Assembly (NCBI GenBank): GCA_944332465.1
Contig: CALVJZ010000003.1
Coordinates: 1 to 33,187, forward strand
From: an uncultured Bacilli bacterium
Lineage (GTDB): Bacteria > Bacillota_I > Bacilli_A > RF39 > UBA660
Direction of reading: 5' to 3'
Length of the DNA stretch: 33,187 bases
Part shown: piece after piece, positions 10,472 through 17,686 of the stretch
Layout: the number at the start of each line of letters is the position of its first letter
Position numbering within the stretch: the first letter of the stretch is position 1
The notes under the pieces: model-generated
What the model was told of the DNA's origin: nothing
What the model saw: only the letters and a program-made list of their open reading frames with translations
The model's database searches: none
Translations under genes and position numbers: made by a program

Positions 10472-10500
10472 GTTTACAGTGGTTTACTGTAAACTTTTTT
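10470..10500 (+). terminator. Intrinsic terminator after asnS
   Basis: AAGTTTACAGT-ggttt-ACTGTAAACTT followed by a T tract. Confidence 0.85.
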
Positions 10501-10558
10501 TGTTTTTGTCTTCTTTTTTATTTGGTGTGGTATACTACTTGTGCAAAAGAGGTATTAT

Positions 10559-11371
10559 ATGGAGAAGTTATATAATTATATTTTACAAAAAGAAAGTGAT
10601 ATTGGATTACTTAGAGAAAGTAATGAGGACTCTGTTTTAGCTTTAGTTCATCCCGAAGATGATTCTCTTAAGATATTAGCCGTTGCGGATGGAATGGGTG
10701 GAAAAGAGTATGGTGATGTTTGTAGTAATTATGTTACTAGAAAGTTTGGGGAATGGTTTTTGGGAAAAAATAAAGGTTTTTTTTCAAATCCTTTAAAAAT
10801 ACGTGATGAATTATTAAAATTAACTTATGAATGTAATGATTATTTTATTTCTTTCTTTGGTAAAAATATAGTTGGTACAACTCTTACTTTAGCAATTATT
10901 TTAAATAAAGAAACAATTATTTTACACTTAGGTGATTCTAGATGTTATTTTTATAAAGATAATATTTTAACACAAGTAACAGAAGATGATAGTGATGTTT
11001 GGTTATATCATAAGTTTCAAGGTATAAAAAAAGAATGGTTAAGATATTTTTCATCTAGTAATATTATTAATAATTGTATTGGAATATCAAAAGATAGTTG
11101 TAAACCACATATTTATATTTATTCTAACGATGAATATAATACTCTTTTATTAACAACTGATGGTGTTACAGATTTAGTAATGGATAATAAAATTCGTAGT
11201 ATTTTAGGACAAGATATAAAAAGAGCTTCTAAAGTGTTAATAAATGAAGCTGTTAATGTTGATCAACATTTATTTATTCCAAGTGAATTAAAAAATTATT
11301 CATATGATTATTATTTAGTGCCTGTACGTGGTAGAGATAATGCTAGTGTTGTGCTTTTTTCAAAATTTTAG
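10559..11371 (+). CDS. PP2C/PPM-family Ser/Thr protein phosphatase
   Basis: SDIGLLRESNED, VADGMGG, GTTLT, HLGDSRCY, TDGVTD, GRDNAS; ATG 10559 after AGAGGT. Confidence 0.9.
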   Translation: MEKLYNYILQKESDIGLLRESNEDSVLALVHPEDDSLKILAVADGMGGKEYGDVCSNYVTRKFGEWFLGKNKGFFSNPLKIRDELLKLTYECNDYFISFFGKNIVGTTLTLAIILNKETIILHLGDSRCYFYKDNILTQVTEDDSDVWLYHKFQGIKKEWLRYFSSSNIINNCIGISKDSCKPHIYIYSNDEYNTLLLTTDGVTDLVMDNKIRSILGQDIKRASKVLINEAVNVDQHLFIPSELKNYSYDYYLVPVRGRDNASVVLFSKF

Positions 11372-11416
11372 TATAAAACTTTTTTCTTTGTTCATTCTAT
11401 TAGTGGAGGGATAAAA

Positions 11417-12016
11417 ATGAAAAAAGTTATGAAGATATTTCTTGTAGTTATATTTTCTTTATTTATTGTAGGGTGTGGTAATACAATGTCAACACCAACA
11501 AATAAAGTAGAAGAGTTTTTAGGTAAATATCAAAATATGGATGATGATGTTACTATACAACTTGATGAAGTATTAGATTCTGAAGATATGAGTAGTGAGC
11601 AGAAAGAAAAGTATCGTTCTATTTTAGAAAAACAATATCAAAACTTATCTTATAAAATTAAAAATGAAGAAATTAATGGAGATAATGCAACTGTCGATGT
11701 AGAAATTAAAGTATTGGATTATGCAACTACAATAAATGATGCGAAAAAGTATTATGAAGAACATAAAGAAGAAATTGATAAAAAATATAATGAAGAACAT
11801 AAAGATAATGTAGTGGAAGATGCAGTAGAAGGAGTAGAAGAAGCGTTAGAGAAAAGTGCTGCATATATTGATTATAAGTTGAAAGAGTTAGAGAATGTTA
11901 CTGATACAATTAGTTATGATATTACTTTTTATTTAAGTAAAGAAAATGGTAAGTGGAAAATACAAGATTTATCTGATGTTGATTTAAAAAAAATTCATGG
12001 TTTATATGAAGGATAG
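11417..12016 (+). CDS. Lipoprotein, NTF2-like (DUF5105/DUF4878-like)
   Basis: Lipobox IVGC; EEINGDNATVDVEI and LSKENGKWKI segments; RBS GGAGG. Confidence 0.7.
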   Translation: MKKVMKIFLVVIFSLFIVGCGNTMSTPTNKVEEFLGKYQNMDDDVTIQLDEVLDSEDMSSEQKEKYRSILEKQYQNLSYKIKNEEINGDNATVDVEIKVLDYATTINDAKKYYEEHKEEIDKKYNEEHKDNVVEDAVEGVEEALEKSAAYIDYKLKELENVTDTISYDITFYLSKENGKWKIQDLSDVDLKKIHGLYEG

Positions 12017-12106
12017 AGCAATCTATCTTTTTTGTTTTTCTTGCTTTTTTATCTTTTATTTTGTTTTTAATTTTGTTATACTTATAAAAGAATAGAGGGT
12101 GTTTCT

Positions 12107-14095
12107 GTGATAGGAAGAATTGTAGAAATTGTTGATAATAGCGTTACTATAAAATTAGAGATTAATATTAGTGAGCAACCCAATTTAGTTAATTTACATG
12201 TTGTTTTTGATGACGGTAGTGGTAGAAGTGTTGTTGCAGAAGTAGCGAATGTTAATCAAGAGAAGATGCTTGCTAATATAGTTGGTGAAATTGAAAATGG
12301 TGTTTTTACACCTGGATCTAGTGTAAAGCCTTCTTTTAAGTCACAAGTAAGATTAATAAAAGCAGAGGAGTTAGCACTTCTTTTTGGGAATTCTGAAACA
12401 GAGTTTGGTTATACTAATTTTGGTACTAGTAATGTTTATCGTGGATATAAAATTAATGTGCCAGTTAATGAGTTTTTTAATTCACATTTTGCAATACTTG
12501 GTAACTCTGGTGCTGGTAAAAGTTGTACGGTTGCGTCTATTGTGCAAAAATTATTTTTAAGTAGTCCTAAAGCACCAATTAATTCAGCAATATTTTTCTT
12601 TGATGCATATGGTGAGTATACTAATGCCTTTGGAGCTATTCACGAGAAAAATCCAATGTTACATTATAAATCATATACAACTAATGTTATTGATCCTGAT
12701 ACAGAAATATTACGTATTCCAGCATGGCTACTTGATGTTGATGATTTAGCTTTATTACTTGATGCGACAACACCAGCTCAACTTCCTATTTTGGAAAAGA
12801 CATTAAAGCTAGTACCAATTTTAACAGGTAATTCAGGAGTCGTAATTAAGCGTAAAAATGATATTATTGCAAGAGCATTACAAGATATTTTACTTAGTGG
12901 TAATGAATCAACAAAGATTCGTGACCAAGTTGTAGCTGTTTTAACGAAGTTTAATACACCAGAGTTAAACTTGGAAAGTCAAATAGCACAACCTGGATAT
13001 GTTCGTACTTTAAAACAATGTTTATATGTAGATAAAACTGGTAAAATGCAAGAGATGGAACTTGTTGTTGAGTTTATTAGAGGATATATTAGTGATGTTC
13101 AAGAAGAGATTAATGAAGCAGATTTAAATTATTTTTATTCACTTACTGATTTGGAAGAAGCTATGGAATTTGCAATGATTAGTGAAGGTATTTTAAAAAG
13201 TGATAAAGTTTTTGATGTAGCAAATATTATGAATGTTAGACTTCATTCTTTAGCAACAGGTGATCATAAAGCTTATTTTGAATATCCTAGATATGTTAAT
13301 AAAGATCAGTATATTGATAGTTTGATGTTAGATCCAACATCTAATACAAGAGCTCAAATTATTAATTTTAATATTAATTATATTGATGATAGATTAGCAA
13401 AAGTATTTACAAAGATTTTATCGCGTATGTTATTTAATAAAGCTAGTAATTTTAAACCACGTGGGTCAATGGCTTTTAATATAATTATTGAGGAAGCACA
13501 TCGTTATGTTCAACATGATAGTGATGTTAGTCTACTTGGATATAATATATTTGAACGTATTGCGAAAGAAGGTCGTAAGTATGGACTTTTCTTAGGACTT
13601 ATTACACAACGTCCTAGTGAGTTATCTGATACTTGTGTATCACAGTGTATGAATTTTGTAATATTAAGAACACTTCATCCAACGGATTTACAATATATTC
13701 GTGAAATGGTACCTAATGTTTCTTCAGAGTTAGTATTACAGCTTAAAAACTTAAAACCAGGTAATTGTATTGCCTTTGGTAGTGCTTTTCAAGTACCAAC
13801 TTCTATGTATGTGGATTTACCTAATCCAAGACCGCTTTCTAATAATGTTGATTTAAATGATGTTTGGTATAGACAAAGTAATCCTGATACTTTAATTAAT
13901 GCTAGTTCTAGTAATTATACACAAATGCCTGAAGTTAGAACTGTTGATTTTAATCCTAATAATAATGGTATGGTTGTTCCACAACAAGTTGTTAGTGTAG
14001 CAGCAAATCCTACTGTTAGTGCAGGTGGAAGTCTAGCAATGGGACAAAGTGTTCCAACTCAGAATAGATTTATACAAAATATTCCTAATCAATAA
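12107..14095 (+). CDS. HerA/DUF87 (FtsK-HerA superfamily) ATPase
   Basis: HAS-barrel-like N-terminus; HFAILGNSGAGKS (Walker A), FDAYGEY, IIIEEAHRY (Walker B), RIAKEGRKYG, ITQRPSEL; low-complexity C-terminal tail. Confidence 0.9.
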   Translation: MIGRIVEIVDNSVTIKLEINISEQPNLVNLHVVFDDGSGRSVVAEVANVNQEKMLANIVGEIENGVFTPGSSVKPSFKSQVRLIKAEELALLFGNSETEFGYTNFGTSNVYRGYKINVPVNEFFNSHFAILGNSGAGKSCTVASIVQKLFLSSPKAPINSAIFFFDAYGEYTNAFGAIHEKNPMLHYKSYTTNVIDPDTEILRIPAWLLDVDDLALLLDATTPAQLPILEKTLKLVPILTGNSGVVIKRKNDIIARALQDILLSGNESTKIRDQVVAVLTKFNTPELNLESQIAQPGYVRTLKQCLYVDKTGKMQEMELVVEFIRGYISDVQEEINEADLNYFYSLTDLEEAMEFAMISEGILKSDKVFDVANIMNVRLHSLATGDHKAYFEYPRYVNKDQYIDSLMLDPTSNTRAQIINFNINYIDDRLAKVFTKILSRMLFNKASNFKPRGSMAFNIIIEEAHRYVQHDSDVSLLGYNIFERIAKEGRKYGLFLGLITQRPSELSDTCVSQCMNFVILRTLHPTDLQYIREMVPNVSSELVLQLKNLKPGNCIAFGSAFQVPTSMYVDLPNPRPLSNNVDLNDVWYRQSNPDTLINASSSNYTQMPEVRTVDFNPNNNGMVVPQQVVSVAANPTVSAGGSLAMGQSVPTQNRFIQNIPNQ

Positions 14096-14169
14096 GATTT
14101 AGGACTTTTCCTTTTATGAAAACTGTGTTAAAATATTATTTAGTTAAGATAGAAAATGGAGGATGACAT

Positions 14170-14601
14170 ATGGCTTTTGATAAATTAAAAGAATTAATCG
14201 GTGGCGGAGAAGTAGAAGAAGAAGGAACAGATGAAGAGTTTTATACAACTTCTCGTGAAGAATATCATGAAGAAAATGGTGTTGCGGGTAGTAAGATGAT
14301 GTTATTAGAACCTCGTGCTTATTCAGAAAGTCAACAAATTGCAGATTATTTAAAAAGTCGTTCAGCTGTTGTTGTTAATTTAAAAAGAGTTACACCAGAT
14401 CAAGCAAAAAGAATTGTAGATTTTTTAAGTGGTACTATTTATGCAATTGGTGGGGATTTACAAAAACTAGGCGGAGGAATATTCTTATGTACACCTAATA
14501 ATGTAAATGTTGAAGGTAAGATTAGCGAGGATAATGCTAATACTACTAAGAGAGAAAAAAGTACAAGTAAAAAAGATAAAGATGATGATTTCGATTTTTA
14601 G
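14170..14601 (+). CDS. sepF: Cell division protein SepF
   Basis: [47 protein letters not shown]. Confidence 0.95.
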   Translation: MAFDKLKELIGGGEVEEEGTDEEFYTTSREEYHEENGVAGSKMMLLEPRAYSESQQIADYLKSRSAVVVNLKRVTPDQAKRIVDFLSGTIYAIGGDLQKLGGGIFLCTPNNVNVEGKISEDNANTTKREKSTSKKDKDDDFDF

Positions 14602-14622
14602 TTAATTTTATGAGGTGATTAT

Positions 14623-15060
14623 ATGGAAAAATTTAGTTATGAAGCTAATGGATATAATCGCCAGGAAGTGAATCAGTTTGTTAGTGATGTTATTCGTCAG
14701 ACAGAGGGTATTATTAAAAAGTGTCAAGCACAGGGTGATGCTTTAGAAAAGTTAAAAGCAGAACTTGAACATTATAAGGGATTAGAAAATACATTACAGA
14801 CGGCAATTCTTAAAGCTGAGGAAACGGGCGATAATATTAAGAGAATGGCAAGAGAAGAACGTGAATTAATCGTTCGTGATGCTAAGAATAATGCTAGTCG
14901 TATTGTTAATGAGGCATTACTAAAAGCTGAAAGAATTGAAAATCAAAGAGAAACTTTAGAAAAGAATATGAAAATATTTAAACGTAAATTAAAAGTCATT
15001 ATGGAGCAACAAATGGCTGTAGTTGATGAGATAGAACTTTTAGAATTAGATCCTAAATAG
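14623..15060 (+). CDS. divIVA: DivIVA-domain cell division protein
   Basis: FSYEANGYNRQEVNQFV N-terminal motif followed by a coiled coil; sepF-divIVA-ileS synteny. Confidence 0.88.
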   Translation: MEKFSYEANGYNRQEVNQFVSDVIRQTEGIIKKCQAQGDALEKLKAELEHYKGLENTLQTAILKAEETGDNIKRMAREERELIVRDAKNNASRIVNEALLKAERIENQRETLEKNMKIFKRKLKVIMEQQMAVVDEIELLELDPK

Positions 15061-15070
15061 GATCTTTTTT
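15049..15070 (+). terminator. Intrinsic terminator after divIVA
   Basis: AGATCCTA-aa-TAGGATCT followed by TTTTT. Confidence 0.7.
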
Positions 15071-15071
15071 A

Positions 15072-15100
15072 TTGCAATTTTTTAAGTTTTGTAGTATAAT
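15072..15100 (+). promoter_or_regulatory. SigA promoter for the kinase triplet
   Basis: TTGCAA-17 nt-TATAAT. Confidence 0.75.
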
Positions 15101-15125
15101 ATGTTTTACTTTTTAGGGGGATATT

Positions 15126-15848
15126 ATGAGTTGTGATACATATTATTTAGAGGATGGTAGTAGTTTTAAGAAAAGTGACTTGGTATATCTTGGAGAAGGA
15201 GCTAATGCACGTGTATGGAAATGTGGAAATAGTGCTTTTAAGGAATTTATACCTAGTCATATAGGTTCTGGTATTGATAAAAGACTAGGTGATATTTTTT
15301 CGGAGATTAATTTTTCTAATTTACCAAATTTTTATTCTTTTGTAAGATGGAGTAAAAGCGGAGATGTTCCATATATTGGTTATATGATGGAATATTTTGA
15401 AGAAGATAAAAAAGCAAGTATTTTAGATTTACCTATTTCTACCATTGTTTCTTCTTTTAGAGATTTAGAAAGAGATATTGAAGCTATTTCTGACTTTAAT
15501 ATTTTAATGAATGATGTAACGATTTATAATACAATGATTACAAGTGATGGTAAAATTCATACTTTTGATTATGATATGTTTTATATTGATGAGCATCATA
15601 GAGATGTTTTAAGAAAAAATAAACTTATGGAGTTAAGACTTTTGAAAGGGTTATTTGAATATTATACTTTTCACGATGCTGATTTAGATATAGAAGAAAA
15701 ACTTAATTGTGGAGCTCTTTATAGAAATATATTTTCTTTAAGAAATACTTATGGTTTTGATGTTAGTGGTGTTGTTTTAGATTTATTTGATAAAGATAGA
15801 ACACCGCGTGAAGGTGTAAAGAGGTTGGTGTATGAAAGATTTAGTTGA
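15126..15848 (+). CDS. Minimal protein-kinase-like fold protein, paralog 1
   Basis: Gly loop LGEGANARV, AFK, hinge GYMMEYF, catalytic loop MNDVTIYN, metal-binding FDYDMF. Confidence 0.75.
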   Translation: MSCDTYYLEDGSSFKKSDLVYLGEGANARVWKCGNSAFKEFIPSHIGSGIDKRLGDIFSEINFSNLPNFYSFVRWSKSGDVPYIGYMMEYFEEDKKASILDLPISTIVSSFRDLERDIEAISDFNILMNDVTIYNTMITSDGKIHTFDYDMFYIDEHHRDVLRKNKLMELRLLKGLFEYYTFHDADLDIEEKLNCGALYRNIFSLRNTYGFDVSGVVLDLFDKDRTPREGVKRLVYERFS

Positions 15849-16533
15849 TAAAGATGGTAAGGTTTATGAAAGGGATAATTTAATTTTATTAGGGGGAGGA
15901 AGTAATTCTTATACCTTTTCCTATGATGATGGGGATATGAAAAAAGTAATTAAACTTTTTAAGAAGGAATGTTTAGATTTTGCTTTAAATCCCTATGTTG
16001 CGGGAATTATTAAATTATTACCACTAAAAAGTTATCCTAATTTTTATTCTATTTTAGAACAAGATGGAGAGTATTTAGGATATGTTATGGAATATTTTGA
16101 AAGATGTGATAATCTTTTACTAGATATGACAAAAGATAGTCTTATTACTTCATTTCAAGCAATGGAAGAAGATGTTAGTAGTTTTTCTAGAGGTCATTTA
16201 TTAATGAGTGATGTAAGAAGTTATAATTTATTATTTAGTAGTGATGGTTTAGCTCATTTAGTTGATTATGATATGTTTCAACTACATTTAAGAGCAAATC
16301 CAGATTCTTTGAAATTATATAATAGTGATACACTTAGTTCTTTTGTAAGAAGTGCCTTTGGAAAAGAAGTTTCAGATGAAATAACGTTTACGGATGATGA
16401 AAGGACTCAAATATATGGTATTTTAGATGAAATTTTTCCAGTATATATTCCTTTTTTACCTAGTGAAAGTATTGCTGATATGTTAGAAGATGGTGAAACT
16501 CCTAGACAATTTTTTAAGAAAAGGGTGAAATAA
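15832..16533 (+). CDS. Minimal protein-kinase-like fold protein, paralog 2
   Basis: LGGGSNSYT, VIK, GYVMEYF, MSDVRSYN, VDYDMF; overlaps paralog 1 by 17 nt. Confidence 0.75.
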   Translation: MKDLVDKDGKVYERDNLILLGGGSNSYTFSYDDGDMKKVIKLFKKECLDFALNPYVAGIIKLLPLKSYPNFYSILEQDGEYLGYVMEYFERCDNLLLDMTKDSLITSFQAMEEDVSSFSRGHLLMSDVRSYNLLFSSDGLAHLVDYDMFQLHLRANPDSLKLYNSDTLSSFVRSAFGKEVSDEITFTDDERTQIYGILDEIFPVYIPFLPSESIADMLEDGETPRQFFKKRVK

Positions 16534-16536
16534 TTT

Positions 16537-17253
16537 ATGGATCGTTATGTAGATAGTAATGGTCAAATTTATGGAGAAGATAATTTAAGTTATCTTGGAC
16601 AAGGATATAATAGTAAAGTTTATAAAAATAGTAGTTATGATAGAGATGTTGCGGTAAAAATATTTAGAGATTCTTCTAGTATATTTTCTTTATCTGAAGA
16701 GACAGCTAGTATTATTTCTGATTTAAGACTTTATAGTTTTCCTACATTTTATTCAACTTTAAAAAAATGTAGTGATGGTAAACATTCAGGATATGTAATG
16801 CAATTTTTTTCTGTAGATGAGGATAGTAGGGTTATTGATATGGATTCTCATCAATTACTTGCATCAATAGAAGATATAGAACATGATATAAAAGAGTTTT
16901 CTAGTCATGATATTTTTATGGAAGATGTTAAAAAAGATAATTTTGTTTTGACAAGGGATGGAAGACTACATTTAATTGATTATGATATGTTTAGTCATTA
17001 TCCTGGTTTTTCTGTTGAAGAGGTAGAAGATAGAAATAGAAGAAGAATACAGGCTTTATTTTTAGATTATTTTCATGGTGAAGTATTTAATGATAGGTCT
17101 TTTACGAGTGATGAAAAAAGAGGAATTGATCAAATACTTAAATTTTATTTAGCAACAGATAGTCTTTATGAGGGATTAGAAAGTATGTTTTCTAGATATG
17201 AAAGTCCACGAGATTATTTTGAAAAAATTGGAAAAGAATTTGTCAAGAAGTAA
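16537..17253 (+). CDS. Minimal protein-kinase-like fold protein, paralog 3
   Basis: LGQGYNSKVYK, VAVKIF, GYVMQFF, MEDVKKDN, IDYDMF. Confidence 0.8.
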   Translation: MDRYVDSNGQIYGEDNLSYLGQGYNSKVYKNSSYDRDVAVKIFRDSSSIFSLSEETASIISDLRLYSFPTFYSTLKKCSDGKHSGYVMQFFSVDEDSRVIDMDSHQLLASIEDIEHDIKEFSSHDIFMEDVKKDNFVLTRDGRLHLIDYDMFSHYPGFSVEEVEDRNRRRIQALFLDYFHGEVFNDRSFTSDEKRGIDQILKFYLATDSLYEGLESMFSRYESPRDYFEKIGKEFVKK

Positions 17254-17268
17254 AATATGTGTTATATT
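17240..17268 (+). promoter_or_regulatory. SigA promoter for the Ile T-box leader
   Basis: TTGTCA-17 nt-TATATT with extended TG. Confidence 0.65.
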
Positions 17269-17284
17269 AATTGGGAAAGCATGT

Positions 17285-17485
17285 GCGAAAGACGGAATGT
17301 TTTGGAGTAGGTAGAGAGCTTGTGGTTGGTGAAAACAAGTTATGAAAAAACATTTGGATCACTTTCAAGTTGCGATTTATGGATAAGATAAATACGGTGA
17401 CGCGTTATAGTATTAGAGATAGATTTTCTATAAATTAAGGTGGTACCACGAGCAATTCGTCCTTTGGATGTTGCTCGTTTTTTAT
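17285..17485 (+). ncRNA. T-box riboswitch, Ile-specific
   Basis: AGAGA and GGTGAAA motifs (17313-17340); specifier ATC at 17358-17360; AATTAAGGTGGTACCACG...TCGTCCTT, where UGGU pairs with ACCA (tRNA-Ile discriminator A); CGAGCAA...TTGCTCG-TTTTTT terminator. Confidence 0.9.
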
Positions 17486-17506
17486 TTATCTGGGAAAGGA
17501 GTTTAT

Positions 17507-17686
17507 ATGAATAAGTTAGAGTTTTATTTAAGATCTTTTATCAATACTGTTGGTCATGGATTAAACTTAGTTGCTAATCGTGGAAGAAGTGAAGTTATTG
17601 AAAGAGTTAGTGCTAGTAGTTTAACGCCACAACAAAAGACATTTGTAAAAAGACCAGTTAATCGTGGTAGAAAGGGGAGAAAATAA
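17507..17686 (+). CDS. 59-aa basic hypothetical protein between the T-box and ileS
   Basis: RBS AAAGGAG before ATG 17507; its stop TAA directly abuts the ileS ATG. Confidence 0.6.
   Translation: MNKLEFYLRSFINTVGHGLNLVANRGRSEVIERVSASSLTPQQKTFVKRPVNRGRKGRK

Noticed and set aside
12107-14095. HerA as part of a known anti-phage system (SIR2-HerA, DUF4297-HerA)
   Set aside because: No effector gene is adjacent; neighbours are a lipoprotein and cell division genes.
7216-17340. Near-identical 28-nt sequence AGAGAGCTTGTGGTTGGTG(G/A)AAACA(G/A)GT at 7216-7243 and 17313-17340
   Set aside because: Explained by conserved stem I motifs of the two T-box leaders; not a mobile repeat or CRISPR.
17507-17686. 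59-aa ORF as an Ile attenuation leader peptide
   Set aside because: It lies downstream of the terminator and has only two Ile codons; the T-box already explains regulation.
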